This document shows, piece by piece, positions 35,750 to 46,514 of a stretch of DNA of 64,000 nucleotides. The position numbers and the translations under genes were made by a program. The notes below the pieces were generated by a model that was not told where the DNA came from, made no database searches, and saw only the letters and a program-made list of their open reading frames with translations. Numbering within the stretch: the first letter of the stretch is position 1; the number at the start of each line of letters is the position of its first letter. The DNA comes from a bacterium (GTDB taxonomy: Bacteria; Zhuqueibacterota; Zhuqueibacteria; Residuimicrobiales; Krinioviventaceae): the NCBI GenBank assembly GCA_963693055.1, contig OY843751.1, positions 2,368,001 to 2,432,000 of the forward strand. Direction: 5' to 3'.

Positions 35750-37321
35750 CTATCGCAGCAATATCATCTTTTTATTTTTTGAAATGCTACCATAATTCAT
35801 ATTATAAAAATAAACACCAGATGCTACCTTGTTTCCCAAATAATCTGTACTGTCCCATGTAATTGTATACTGTCCTGCTTGATAATGCCGATTTACCAGT
35901 GTCTTAACCATTCTACCTTTTATATCAAATACATTGATCATGATTTGCTCTGCTTTTGTAATGCTAAAATTGATTTGTGTTGTTGGATTAAACGGATTGG
36001 AATAATTCTGCATCAGTTCAAATTGTTCCGGTGTTTGATCGTGTTTTCCAATGCCAGTTTCTGGTGTGGTGATCTCAAAAACGTGGATGATGCTCTTGTC
36101 TTCATCAGCACGTCTCTCATTTATGTACAGCAAACCCCTGGACCTGTCGTAACAGCAAGCACCCAGTGTTGTCATTTTATAATTACCGTAATCGTATCCC
36201 GGACTAAACATGTATTCATTGATGTTCATCATGGCATAAGGTTGTGGCTCCCAAGGCGATTTGATCCCATTTGCCACATCTGCCAAATCTGCAGGATCAA
36301 AAAACAGAATGACGGCATTGATACTGTCTGCCCACCAGCCGCGTTCATCATGCGGCCATTCGGGAACATCGGGATAGGGAGGGTCCTGCGGCCAGACGGT
36401 TCCGTCCGAAAACCCATACCAGGAATCTCCCATAGCTTTGGTACCCACCAGAACGACTGCTGATCTATCTCCACCTGTTAACCAGGCCCCCCCTGACCAT
36501 TCATCCGGTTCTTTATAGTCGTTCATTTTCTTGTCTTGTGATGCAACCAGGTACGGATTACCGGGCTGATGTTCACCAAACATAAGCAGGGGAGTGATGT
36601 TCCACAACGTATCTCCCGCGGTTGGCAATGTGGAATGAACAACAGGTGTATACGCATACAAGGCGGGTCCCAGACCACCCCACTCACCGTCCCTGAATCG
36701 TCCGCTGGCAAGGTATTGCCCCGGCGTGTTTGCATCCGCCCATTCATGAGGAATGGCAAATAAATAATCGTTTGTTGTATAGTGACTGTAATTACCATAA
36801 TACCAGGGTCCCACAGGAGTTGGGCTGCCGAGATCCAGATTGCAATATCCATGCGATGGCACAAGCACATCCTGAAAATGTTCACCGCGACAGTAATAGA
36901 GTCCCTCAGGCAGATCACCCATTGCAGGCAAGTACTCTATACCCATCCGTGGGATTTCCTGTTCACCAAATACACCCCCGGTTATATCTCCAAAGGGTTG
37001 CAATGTTTCTGCAACGTTGAGATCGGCAGGATCTTTGGCTCCGGAAATCACCGGATTCGGAATCGATATCTCTGAAACCAGTTGATGATGATCGTGTCCT
37101 AAAGCAAAGATAGATCCCGGATAATCATCCGTATTGGAGGGATCTCCATCCGGATAAAAAGTCATGGCATATCCACTGTAAATCCATTCAGAAACATCAG
37201 AAACATCCGGTAATCTAAACGCCCCAAGATAATTCAGGTCCTGCGGTTGTATTAATTCTCCCGCAGACAATAGTGTTGTTGTGCAAAACAACAGGCTGAT
37301 AATTGCTTTTAAACTTTTCAT
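35750..37321 (-). CDS. secreted hypothetical protein with FlgD-Ig/T9SS-like C-terminal domain
   Basis: Signal peptide MKSLKAIISLLFCTTTLLSA; tail QNYSNPFNPTTQINF...FDIKGRMVKTL...ASGVYFY...KKMILLR. Confidence 0.8.
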   Translation of the reverse strand: MKSLKAIISLLFCTTTLLSAGELIQPQDLNYLGAFRLPDVSDVSEWIYSGYAMTFYPDGDPSNTDDYPGSIFALGHDHHQLVSEISIPNPVISGAKDPADLNVAETLQPFGDITGGVFGEQEIPRMGIEYLPAMGDLPEGLYYCRGEHFQDVLVPSHGYCNLDLGSPTPVGPWYYGNYSHYTTNDYLFAIPHEWADANTPGQYLASGRFRDGEWGGLGPALYAYTPVVHSTLPTAGDTLWNITPLLMFGEHQPGNPYLVASQDKKMNDYKEPDEWSGGAWLTGGDRSAVVLVGTKAMGDSWYGFSDGTVWPQDPPYPDVPEWPHDERGWWADSINAVILFFDPADLADVANGIKSPWEPQPYAMMNINEYMFSPGYDYGNYKMTTLGACCYDRSRGLLYINERRADEDKSIIHVFEITTPETGIGKHDQTPEQFELMQNYSNPFNPTTQINFSITKAEQIMINVFDIKGRMVKTLVNRHYQAGQYTITWDSTDYLGNKVASGVYFYNMNYGSISKNKKMILLR

Positions 37322-37473
37322 GTTAATCCCCTGATTAAACATTGTGATTATGAAATATATTACAATATCTGTGAATAATGCCAGTCTTTTTTACTTGATA
37401 TTCATGAAATCAATCACTATAGTTCAATATCCTGTTATTGAACAATTCAATCATTTTTACCGGGAGGGTAAAC

Positions 37474-38613
37474 ATGAGATTCATCGTTCCATTTTTACTG
37501 GTTCTGAGCGTATTGTTATCCTGTACATCTACACCGCCAGGATTAAATGTAAAACATGTAGTGGTTTACCAGGAAAAAGGGCATTTTGGCGGCTGGCCGG
37601 CCAACCATGGCATTTGGAGTTGGGGAGACGAAATTCTGGTTGGGTTCTCTGAAGGTGAGTACAAAGATCTGGGTCCTGACCGGCATCACATAGACCGGGA
37701 AAAACCCGAGCGTCATTTTCTTGCCCGCAGTATGGACGGTGGAGAAACCTGGGAGATTATTGATCCTGCTTTACAGGGTGATTTGATACCGGAAGGCGGT
37801 TTCCTGCATGGAGTACCTCGTGAGGATGTTGAGGTTCCACCTTTAATGGATTGTCCCGGTGGCATTCCTTTTACCCATCCCGATTTTGCCATGACCTTGC
37901 GTACCAATAATATTGATGCCGGTTTATCTCGTTTTTGGTACTCTATCGATAAAGGGCATGACTGGCTGGGTCCCTATCGCTTACCTGATTTCGGATTTAC
38001 CGGCACTGCAGCCCGTACCGATTATCAGGTAGAAGGACCGTCAGACTTGACACTCTTTTTAACAGCTGCTAAAAGTGACAGTAATGAGGGACGCCCCTTT
38101 TGTGCCCGCACTCATGATGGTGGAAAATCCTGGGAATTGGTGTCAAAGATTGGTCCTGAACCCGATGGATTTAGTATTATGCCGGCTTCTGTAAAACTGG
38201 ATAAAGACTCTTATTACGTTGCCGTCCGTAGAAGAGAAGGCGACAAGCGCTGGATAGGTGCCTGGCGCACGGATGATGATTGTAAAACCTGGCAAAGTAT
38301 GCCTGATCCCGTTGAAGATTGTGGAGAAGGGAATCCCCCCAGTCTTATCCGTTTACAGGATGGCAGACTTTGTTTGAATTATGGCTATCGTGCCGAACCG
38401 TTCAGTATCCTTGCAAAACTGAGCGATGATGAAGGCCGGACATGGAGTGATCCCATTGTATTGCGACAAGATGGGGCGGGACGGGATATTGGCTATTGCC
38501 GTGCAGTCCAACGCCCGGACGGCAAAGTAGTGACGCTGTATTACTTTACTGATCCTGTAACAGGGCCCGAGCGTTCAATCGTTGCAACCATCTGGCAACC
38601 GCCGGCCAAGTAG
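37474..38613 (+). CDS. BNR/Asp-box sialidase-fold lipoprotein
   Basis: GGGAGG RBS; lipobox LLSC; Asp boxes SMDGGETW, SIDKGHDW, THDGGKSW, TDDDCKTW, SDDEGRTW. Confidence 0.85.
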   Translation: MRFIVPFLLVLSVLLSCTSTPPGLNVKHVVVYQEKGHFGGWPANHGIWSWGDEILVGFSEGEYKDLGPDRHHIDREKPERHFLARSMDGGETWEIIDPALQGDLIPEGGFLHGVPREDVEVPPLMDCPGGIPFTHPDFAMTLRTNNIDAGLSRFWYSIDKGHDWLGPYRLPDFGFTGTAARTDYQVEGPSDLTLFLTAAKSDSNEGRPFCARTHDGGKSWELVSKIGPEPDGFSIMPASVKLDKDSYYVAVRRREGDKRWIGAWRTDDDCKTWQSMPDPVEDCGEGNPPSLIRLQDGRLCLNYGYRAEPFSILAKLSDDEGRTWSDPIVLRQDGAGRDIGYCRAVQRPDGKVVTLYYFTDPVTGPERSIVATIWQPPAK

Positions 38614-38632
38614 AAATACAAATATAAAATTT

Positions 38633-38668
38633 AATGCCCGAGTAGTTTTTCTATTTAGGGCGTTTTTT
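38633..38668 (+). terminator. intrinsic terminator
   Basis: AATGCCCGAGTAG...CTATTTAGGGCGTT imperfect hairpin plus T-tract. Confidence 0.65.
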
Positions 38669-38826
38669 ATTTTATTTGTTGATATATAAGTAATAATTTA
38701 CTATAGTAAACTGTACCAATTCAAATTGTGGGATCATTTCTATTCATGTATTACAAGAAAGATAAATAACAAAGAATCTTGTTGGTGCATTACCAGCTAT
38801 AATTATTCTATTGGAAAGGGGTTGTT

Positions 38827-39423
38827 ATGACTTTATCTCAAACCGAAAACAAAGTATTAATGGCACAAGCACGGGAATCCTTATCCGGGAAATGGAAACT
38901 TGCAATTGGAACATGTCTTGTTTATGTCTTATTGACAGTTGGAATTGCTTATATTCCCGGAATAGGATTTATTGCGCAATTAATCGTAGCAGGACCTCTA
39001 ACTGTAGGTATATCTATTTTCAGCCTATCCATTGCGAGAAATCAGGAACCCAAGTTTGATCAATTGTTTGAAGGATTTCAGAATTTTGGTGTTACTTTGG
39101 GTACGTATTTGTTAATGATTTTATTTATTTTGCTCTGGATGCTGCTGCTTATCATTCCCGGGATTATTGCTTCAATAGCATATTCGCAAGTATTTTATAT
39201 TCTTGCGGAAGATAAAAATATTGGTCCTATGGATGCTTTGGCAAAAAGCAAACAAATGATGCAAGGCAACAAGTGGAAATATTTTTGCCTGGGCCTAAGA
39301 TTGATTGGCTTGGCATTACTTTGTGTATTAACATTAGGAATTGGGCTTTTATGGTTAGAACCTTATGCGAATGTTAGTTTTGCCAAGTTTTATGATGATT
39401 TAAAGGATGTTAGCGAGGCCTAG
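38827..39423 (+). CDS. DUF975 family integral membrane protein
   Basis: ARESLSGKW, LWMLLLIIPGII...YSQVFYIL, SKQMMQGNKW, LWLEPY..AKFYD. Confidence 0.88.
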   Translation: MTLSQTENKVLMAQARESLSGKWKLAIGTCLVYVLLTVGIAYIPGIGFIAQLIVAGPLTVGISIFSLSIARNQEPKFDQLFEGFQNFGVTLGTYLLMILFILLWMLLLIIPGIIASIAYSQVFYILAEDKNIGPMDALAKSKQMMQGNKWKYFCLGLRLIGLALLCVLTLGIGLLWLEPYANVSFAKFYDDLKDVSEA

Positions 39424-39559
39424 AACCATTTGGTAATGTTGTATTTTTTTAAGCGTTTGCAGCATTCATTGTTTTGATAATTACACTTTATTTTATTGGA
39501 TTGGTAATTGATAATTGTATACCAATCATTTTTACATTCAACGATTAAGAAAGAACGCT

Positions 39560-40306
39560 ATGGTTAAAAAATGGTTGGTAATTCTGGTATTATCTATGGT
39601 TTCTTTAACATTTTCTGAAAACAATTCTTCTTTTGTTAAAATGAAAAATGGTCATCTTTACAAGTATAATGTCAAGCAGGTTAATGATTGGGGGATAACA
39701 TTTACCAATAACCGTTCTGTTTTATATAAAGTTATTGACAGAATTGTATTAAAAGATGAACTCTATGCAAATCAGATAAAAGGCTATATTCCGGATATTG
39801 AAATTCAGTATGAGAATGAGTTATATGTTCTGGATTTTAATAATATTACAATCCCCAAAGTTGAAAGAAAAGTAGAGTATTTATTTGATTTTGTTTCATT
39901 TTCTTATGACATCAAGAATGATAGTAAAGCCGGTGACAGACTTTTGGTAATGTTAAAACCACGGAATACAAATTTTACCACAAGATTTGGAATGCTGGAA
40001 GCACATACTGACATGGATAATCCTCAATTGGAAACAGTTTATGGATATTTCCTGGGAGTAGGTTATCAATTCAGAAATCTGGTACAATTTTATACAGATA
40101 TAGCTGGTTATTCAACAACTTTTACAGAAGAAAAATATTATCCTGAATGTTTTGCTGTTAGCGGTATTGAATTTGAACTACCATTATTTACTGATATGTT
40201 TTGTGTGAAATTCGGGTACGAATATAAATATTGGGAAACTCCAAAGCTGGATATGATTGGAGGTGATCTGTTTCTAGGATTATGTTTTAATTATATGCTT
40301 AATTAA
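39560..40306 (+). CDS. secreted hypothetical protein (possible small beta-barrel C-terminus)
   Basis: Signal-like N-terminus from ATG 39560; no recognised motif. Confidence 0.6.
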   Translation: MVKKWLVILVLSMVSLTFSENNSSFVKMKNGHLYKYNVKQVNDWGITFTNNRSVLYKVIDRIVLKDELYANQIKGYIPDIEIQYENELYVLDFNNITIPKVERKVEYLFDFVSFSYDIKNDSKAGDRLLVMLKPRNTNFTTRFGMLEAHTDMDNPQLETVYGYFLGVGYQFRNLVQFYTDIAGYSTTFTEEKYYPECFAVSGIEFELPLFTDMFCVKFGYEYKYWETPKLDMIGGDLFLGLCFNYMLN

Positions 40307-40357
40307 TGATGATTTTTTATTGATATCTAATTGTTGTAAAGTCTGTATACAAGCATT

Positions 40358-40393
40358 AAAAAGCCCGGTGTAATTATGCACCGGGCTTTTTTT
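40358..40393. terminator. bidirectional terminator
   Basis: AAAAAGCCCGGTGTA-ATTA-TGCACCGGGCTTTTTTT. Confidence 0.88.
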
Positions 40394-40394
40394 A

Positions 40395-41366
40395 TTATGA
40401 TTTGAATTTGCGCGTAGTTGGATCAATTTTTAATATCTCTGCTATTGTATGTCCCCACATTTTCTTACGGTCATTGTCCGGTACATTATTCGCATCCAGC
40501 ATCATCTGAAATCGTTCTATATTGCCTTTTAAGCCGGTTGGTTTTTCATCCGTACCGAACAGAATATGTTCCCATGCTCCGGGTCCGCCTTTGAGTGTGT
40601 GAGGATTGTTTTCCGATTCATCATCACTCCACCAAAGAATTTCACTCATACGTTCCAGTTTGCCCAGTTTGATAAACTTTAACAGTGTTGAACCGGTTAC
40701 ATCAAAGTAGAGTGTTGGGTTCCATCTTGCAGCTTCCGCGGCTTCATCATACCAGGGATTTCCCAAATGCGCGCCTTGAACTGTCAATCTTGGGAATTGA
40801 CGACATATGGTATCCAGATACATGGGACGCATTCGCGCTGAAGAGCCCCATTGGGGTTCATCTGTGATACGATGTGAGGAAATACCCGTGTGGAACAATA
40901 GATGGAATCCCAGTTCCTCGCATAAACGATAGACGTGGAAATAGGAGGGATCGTCATAATTTTTTTGCGGACTGTGAAATTTCATGCCCACAAAGCCATT
41001 CTTTTTAAAATCCTCAATTTCACGTACCGAATTAACATCATCAAGGTTTACACGGCCATACCCAATGAAAATTTCGGGGTGCGATTTCATGGCATCTATC
41101 ATTAACTGCATATCTTTATGCCAGGTCAGCACACATGCCATGGCTTTGTAGGGTTTATAGTTGGTAATCATATCCCTGACCCACTGTTCATTACTGCCAC
41201 AATGGATATGAGAATCAATAATGAAATCTGGTATTTTAAAATCCTTTTTTTCTTCCGCAGCCCGAGAATCACCTGGCTGGGTAATCATGCCCGCGGCTGC
41301 GGCAACTGCTGTATATTTGGCGGTTCTGGAGAAAAAATCACGTCGTGCTAATTTTTCATCATTCAT
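40395..41366 (-). CDS. Tat-exported amidohydrolase_2 family metallo-hydrolase
   Basis: ARRDFF; IDSHIH, GMKFH, LFHTG, GAHLG, LFGTD. Confidence 0.88.
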   Translation of the reverse strand: MNDEKLARRDFFSRTAKYTAVAAAAGMITQPGDSRAAEEKKDFKIPDFIIDSHIHCGSNEQWVRDMITNYKPYKAMACVLTWHKDMQLMIDAMKSHPEIFIGYGRVNLDDVNSVREIEDFKKNGFVGMKFHSPQKNYDDPSYFHVYRLCEELGFHLLFHTGISSHRITDEPQWGSSARMRPMYLDTICRQFPRLTVQGAHLGNPWYDEAAEAARWNPTLYFDVTGSTLLKFIKLGKLERMSEILWWSDDESENNPHTLKGGPGAWEHILFGTDEKPTGLKGNIERFQMMLDANNVPDNDRKKMWGHTIAEILKIDPTTRKFKS

Positions 41367-41389
41367 GTTGTCACCTCTGTTTTATACTT

Positions 41390-42745
41390 CTAACTTGCCG
41401 GAGGTATCTCTGTAATTTCTTCGTTTTGCCGATCCCAATATAATTTTTTACCAGTACGGTATGCCTGTGTTGCCATTGCAGCGCCAACCGAATGCCAGAA
41501 TCCCGTATGGATGTGTCCATTGGTCATCATGTTTCTGCTGCGAATACAATCAATCCAATTATCCAGATGCGGTTTGCTGTCATCACTTTGGGAAGGTGGT
41601 GGTACATTATTGTTTCCTTCTATGGTAACCAATTCCGCTCGACCATTTTGTACAGCTTCTTTAAATCCTTCGTAAAAACGATAACGACCGGATTTATTAC
41701 CGCCCTCGGGAATCAAGAACCAACGCGGACTGCCTTCACCACCATCAGAAAAGAGAGTTGCTTCTTTTCCACGTATTACTGAATAATCGCCAAACAGATT
41801 ACCATAGGTCGAGTTGTATGAATAGAGAAAATTCTGATCTTCATATGTTGCCAGGGCTTGAAATGTATCCGGATTCTGCCGTATATCCGGCCATGAGAAT
41901 ATGCCGCCACTGGCTACCATGGTATCCGGAATTGCGGTATCCATAAAAAAGTGGACCAAGCCAATACCGTGGCTCATCCATTGACTGGTAATACCGCCCG
42001 AATATTCGCGAAATATTCTGAATTCAAAATACGCCCAGGGATTAAAGGGCTGGTAGGGTTTGTTTAAAAGCCATCTGTTCCAATCCGTATCCTCTTCCCG
42101 AATCGCAGCCACATCCGGATCACTGGGTTCATGCCAGCGATGGTTGTTGTCGTTCCAGCATTGTTCTATTTTAGATATTTCTCCCAGTCTCCCTGAACGG
42201 ATAATTTCTCTGACCTTGAGATGGTAGGGGTCAGATACCCATTGAGAACCCATTTGTACAACCTGATTGGAATTTAGTACAGCTTTACGAGCATACTTTG
42301 CTTCTTCAATATCCAGCGCCATGGGCTTTTCACAGTAACAGTCTTTGCCAGCTTGAACAACTTCAGCCAGAAGGTAACCGTGTTGGAAATCACCTGTTGC
42401 GATCATGACGCCATCCAGATCTTTCATGGCAAGCATATCTTCAGAATACTGGAATTGTTTAACATCCGTATCAAATCTTTTTTTACAGTCTGCTGCTGCT
42501 TTTTCCCGGTTTTTTTCCCAGATATCACAAACAGCTACTACACCCAGGTTTTTGTCTTTAATTGAGGTTTCAACCATTCTGCGGTGTCCTCTGCTGCGTG
42601 CGCCACAACCCAGAAAGCCAATATTGATCCTGTCGTTTGCACCTTTAACTTTTGCATAAGATTTTGCGCTCATGGCTGTTACCGCTCCTGCAACGCCCAG
42701 TGCGGATTTATTTATAAATCCCCGTCTACTTAATTCTTTTTTCAT
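41390..42745 (-). CDS. Tat-exported Gfo/Idh/MocA family oxidoreductase
   Basis: SRRGFI; IGFLGCGAR, YCEKPM, QMGSQ; start moved to MKKELSRR (GAGG RBS). Confidence 0.9.
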   Translation of the reverse strand: MKKELSRRGFINKSALGVAGAVTAMSAKSYAKVKGANDRINIGFLGCGARSRGHRRMVETSIKDKNLGVVAVCDIWEKNREKAAADCKKRFDTDVKQFQYSEDMLAMKDLDGVMIATGDFQHGYLLAEVVQAGKDCYCEKPMALDIEEAKYARKAVLNSNQVVQMGSQWVSDPYHLKVREIIRSGRLGEISKIEQCWNDNNHRWHEPSDPDVAAIREEDTDWNRWLLNKPYQPFNPWAYFEFRIFREYSGGITSQWMSHGIGLVHFFMDTAIPDTMVASGGIFSWPDIRQNPDTFQALATYEDQNFLYSYNSTYGNLFGDYSVIRGKEATLFSDGGEGSPRWFLIPEGGNKSGRYRFYEGFKEAVQNGRAELVTIEGNNNVPPPSQSDDSKPHLDNWIDCIRSRNMMTNGHIHTGFWHSVGAAMATQAYRTGKKLYWDRQNEEITEIPPAS

Positions 42746-42783
42746 TTTCCAACCTCGTGAATTTACAATTGAATTATTATCAA

Positions 42784-44136
42784 TTACCATTTCCATTTTA
42801 ATGGAATGTTTACCAGATCAGCTATTTTTACTCTTTCACCTGTTTGAATCGATTTTCTTGCAGCAATACCAATCAGACTGGACATAACTCCGGCCCTGCT
42901 GCCAGCCAGTTTGGAAAGGGGATCAGTCTCACCCGGAACAAATAAAAGTCTTTTCAGTTTTGCATCTGCACCACCGTGTTCACCTTCTCCTTCTTTGAGT
43001 GTCCAGCTACGGGATTTTCCAAAGCTTTTTGAATAGCGCAATTCCGTATCATATTCTACATCCCAGGCTTGTCTCTGGAAATTACGGATATCCAGTCTGC
43101 CATTTTCTCCGTTAAAATGGATAGACTGTCCTTCATAAGGTGCATAAGCATTCAAAGTATAGGCCAAGATGACTCCGCTGTTATATTTAACTTCAACAGT
43201 CATCGAATCATAGGTATCAATATCATTGTCCCAAACACAACCGTCACGCAGGTAGCCGTCTGCATCTTCATTATTGACATACAAATCAACCATACGTTTG
43301 CTTTGTGTGATGTCCCAGTAGAATTTACATTTGCTTGTAAAGGGACAGCTTCTACAATTCCGTCCGCGGAAGGCATTGTTCTTGCCGTAAAAATCGACTT
43401 TACCAAAAGCATGAACTTCTACAGGTTCAGCATCCAGCCACCAGTTCATTTGATCAAAATGGTGCGATGCCTTGTGAACGAGCAAAGACCCGGAATACCT
43501 TGCTTTGCCATGCCATCTCCTGAAATAGCTAGCGCCATGATCAATGTCCAGATATTCATGATACTCTGCAGAAATTATTCTACCCATTTCTCCTGAAAGT
43601 ATGAATTTCTTGATTTCTTCGGCATATGCTGAATGGCGTGCGTTAAAGGTGGTTGTAACGGTTTTACCAGTTCTAATTTCTGCGTCCAGTAATTTTTGGC
43701 ATTGTTCTGATTCTGTTGCCAGTGGTTTTTCAGACATTGCATTGCAACCCAGCTCCAGAGTCCTTACTACATATTGTGCATGGAAGCAATCGGGGGTTGT
43801 TATTATAACCGTATCCGGTTTGGTTTCTTGAATCATCTTTTCAAAATCTTTTGCCTGGTAAAGTGGTGCGTTTGTGCCAATATATCCTTGTGCATATTTT
43901 ACCCGCTTGGGATTAATGTCGCATAATCCTACCATTTCAATATGATCTGGTAATTGTTGCAGCAAACGTCGTCCCCAGGTTTCGCTGCCACGTGAACCAG
44001 TCCCTATTAATGCGATTCGGGTTTTATCTGTAGATGCTTGAGCATTTTTTATAGATCCCATTGCAGCTGCAGCGGCAACCAGTTTTGTACCTTGCCCCAA
44101 AAATTCTCTGCGTGCCATATTTGACTTTTCAGACAT
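42784..44136 (-). CDS. Tat-exported Gfo/Idh/MocA oxidoreductase (YteT-like, Cys-rich insert)
   Basis: ARREFL; LIGTGSRG, SEKPL, HGASYFRRWH, LLVHKASHHFD, CRSCP..C..DGC, HGGAD. Confidence 0.9.
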   Translation of the reverse strand: MSEKSNMARREFLGQGTKLVAAAAAMGSIKNAQASTDKTRIALIGTGSRGSETWGRRLLQQLPDHIEMVGLCDINPKRVKYAQGYIGTNAPLYQAKDFEKMIQETKPDTVIITTPDCFHAQYVVRTLELGCNAMSEKPLATESEQCQKLLDAEIRTGKTVTTTFNARHSAYAEEIKKFILSGEMGRIISAEYHEYLDIDHGASYFRRWHGKARYSGSLLVHKASHHFDQMNWWLDAEPVEVHAFGKVDFYGKNNAFRGRNCRSCPFTSKCKFYWDITQSKRMVDLYVNNEDADGYLRDGCVWDNDIDTYDSMTVEVKYNSGVILAYTLNAYAPYEGQSIHFNGENGRLDIRNFQRQAWDVEYDTELRYSKSFGKSRSWTLKEGEGEHGGADAKLKRLLFVPGETDPLSKLAGSRAGVMSSLIGIAARKSIQTGERVKIADLVNIPLKWKW

Positions 44137-44446
44137 TTTAGACTCCCTGTAATATTGTTTACTACCTATGATTTGTCTAACTGAAAATAAGAAACAGATT
44201 TATATTTATAAAATTAAGAAATAAATTTATTGTAAAAGAATATCTCAATTGCACGTAGGTATATGTATTTAAAATAGCTAATTTGTTATCATGAGTCAAG
44301 TATAAATATTTTCTTACAATTGGGGTAGTTATTTTCTGAATGGATTACGTCCGCAATATGATTTCTTAATTCATTTATTGCATTCATATAATTAAATGAT
44401 TATTTTTATTTAATTCATTCAAGAAAACACATCAGTTGGAGGGATT

Positions 44447-45460
44447 TTGAAAAAGTTAACTTTCCTACTACTTATCCTCATGATTTCTATCTTGTCTTGT
44501 AAAAATGCACCTGTTAACAAGGGTAAACCTGCGCCAAAACCGTTGTACCGTGATCCTATTTTTGATGGAACTGCTGATCCGGTTGTATTGTGGAACCAGC
44601 ATGAAAAAAAATGGTTCATGTTTTATACTAATCGTAGAGCAAATGCAAAAGGTGAAACCGGGGTAACCTGGGTACATGGTACACGTATAGGCTTGGCCGA
44701 ATCCTTTGATAATGGTGCCACCTGGAGATACAGGGGGACCTGTAATATCCCATTGCGTACAGATGAGGATACTCACTGGGCACCGGAGGTCATTGAACAT
44801 GATGGTGTATACCATATGTACCTTACATATGTCCCCGGCATTTTTCAAAATTGGGACCATCCACGCTATATAGAACATCTTACCAGTACAAACATGATCG
44901 ATTGGAAGATAGAGTCGCGGTTGAATTTGGTTAACGAAAAAGTTATTGATGCCTGCGTTTTTAGATTACCTGATGGAACTTGGCGTATGTGGTACAATAA
45001 TGAGATTGACGGTAAATCCATTTATTATGCAGACAGCAAAGATCTTGATACCTGGGAAGATAAAGGTAAAGCTATTGGAGATCAGAGTGGTGAAGGCCCC
45101 AAGGTTTTTTCATGGCATGATTCCTATTGGATGGTTACCGATGTGTGGGACGGACTCGCACTTTATAAATCTGATGATCTGCTTGATTGGAAACGCCAGC
45201 CCGGGAATTTGCTACAGGGTGTGGGGATAGGCAAAGATGATGGTGTAAATGGCCAACACCCGGATGTGGTTGTAAATAATGGCAGAGCTTATTTGTTCTA
45301 TTTTACCCATCCCGGACGGGTAGATTCAATTCCCCGTAGTGACTGGTATCAAAAACGACGCAGTTCTATACAGGTTGTAGAGCTTGAATATAAAAACGAC
45401 AAGATCACATGCGACAGGGATAAAACCACATATATTAATCTGTTACCACCAATAAAATAA
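44447..45460 (+). CDS. GH43-like five-bladed beta-propeller glycoside hydrolase, lipoprotein
   Basis: GGAGG RBS with TTG start; lipobox ILSC; DGTADP, WAPEV, VIDAC, GEGPKV. Confidence 0.8.
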   Translation: MKKLTFLLLILMISILSCKNAPVNKGKPAPKPLYRDPIFDGTADPVVLWNQHEKKWFMFYTNRRANAKGETGVTWVHGTRIGLAESFDNGATWRYRGTCNIPLRTDEDTHWAPEVIEHDGVYHMYLTYVPGIFQNWDHPRYIEHLTSTNMIDWKIESRLNLVNEKVIDACVFRLPDGTWRMWYNNEIDGKSIYYADSKDLDTWEDKGKAIGDQSGEGPKVFSWHDSYWMVTDVWDGLALYKSDDLLDWKRQPGNLLQGVGIGKDDGVNGQHPDVVVNNGRAYLFYFTHPGRVDSIPRSDWYQKRRSSIQVVELEYKNDKITCDRDKTTYINLLPPIK

Positions 45461-45490
45461 AAGTATTAGAGTAGATATTGGGAGTTTTAG

Positions 45491-46465
45491 ATGAGAAAAT
45501 TAATTGTATTGAGTTTAATTCTGTATTCTATACTTTTAGCACAACCCAAAGCAGAGAATATAAACCTTGATGATATAAAAATGAGAGATGTTTGTATTTT
45601 AGCAGATGATGCAACGCAAACCTATTATATGATTGGCCCGGCATGGCGTAATGGAGTAAGAGCATATACCAGTAAGGATTTAAAAAACTGGTATGGCCCA
45701 ACAGTGATTTTTCAGGCTCCTGATGATATTTGGGGTGATATTGAAATACGTGGTATCTGGGCACCCGAGTTGCATAAATACAAGGGGAAATATTACCTTT
45801 TTCTCACGTTTAATACCAACAACGAATTTCTTGAACAATGGCGTGACTGGCTCCCAAGAGTTACCCGTGGCTCTCAGGTACTTGAGGCTGATTCTCCCAT
45901 GGGTCCCTTTAAACCCTTTCAAAATCGTTCTACACTTCCACCAGATATGATGACTTTGGATGGCACACTTTGGGAAGAGGATGACACTCCATACATGGTA
46001 TTTTGTCATGAATGGGTACAAATCAAAGATGGTACTGTGGAATATGTACAATTAAAAGATGATCTTTCTGAAATTGTAGGCGAGCCCAAGCGTCTTTTTG
46101 ACGGTAGTGATGCGGTGTGGAGTCAAAAATCTCCTCAATATGGATGTCATGTGACTGATGGCCCTTATCTGTATACCGGCAAGACCGGCAAGCTCTATAT
46201 GATCTGGACTAGCGGTGGATATACGGGATATACGTGTGGTATTGCTATTTCACAGTCAGGCAAGCTGGAAGGTCTCTGGGAGCAACAGGAAGAACCTTTG
46301 TATGGTGAGGATGGCGGGCATGGAATGCTGTTTACAACTTTTGACGGCAAACTGATGATGGTATTGCATTCACCCAATAATCGTGATGCTCAACCCAGAC
46401 TTTTTGAAATGGAAGACACGGGTGAAACATTAAAGGTTGTTAAACCCTTTACTGGACGAGAATAA
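45491..46465 (+). CDS. GH43 family glycoside hydrolase
   Basis: Signal peptide; MRDVCI, WAPELH, TLDG, HEW, TDGP, GGHGMLF. Confidence 0.88.
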   Translation: MRKLIVLSLILYSILLAQPKAENINLDDIKMRDVCILADDATQTYYMIGPAWRNGVRAYTSKDLKNWYGPTVIFQAPDDIWGDIEIRGIWAPELHKYKGKYYLFLTFNTNNEFLEQWRDWLPRVTRGSQVLEADSPMGPFKPFQNRSTLPPDMMTLDGTLWEEDDTPYMVFCHEWVQIKDGTVEYVQLKDDLSEIVGEPKRLFDGSDAVWSQKSPQYGCHVTDGPYLYTGKTGKLYMIWTSGGYTGYTCGIAISQSGKLEGLWEQQEEPLYGEDGGHGMLFTTFDGKLMMVLHSPNNRDAQPRLFEMEDTGETLKVVKPFTGRE

Positions 46466-46514
46466 ATATTTTATTAAATCAATTGTCTTGCTCGTTTTTC
46501 TTTAAGGTATAATA

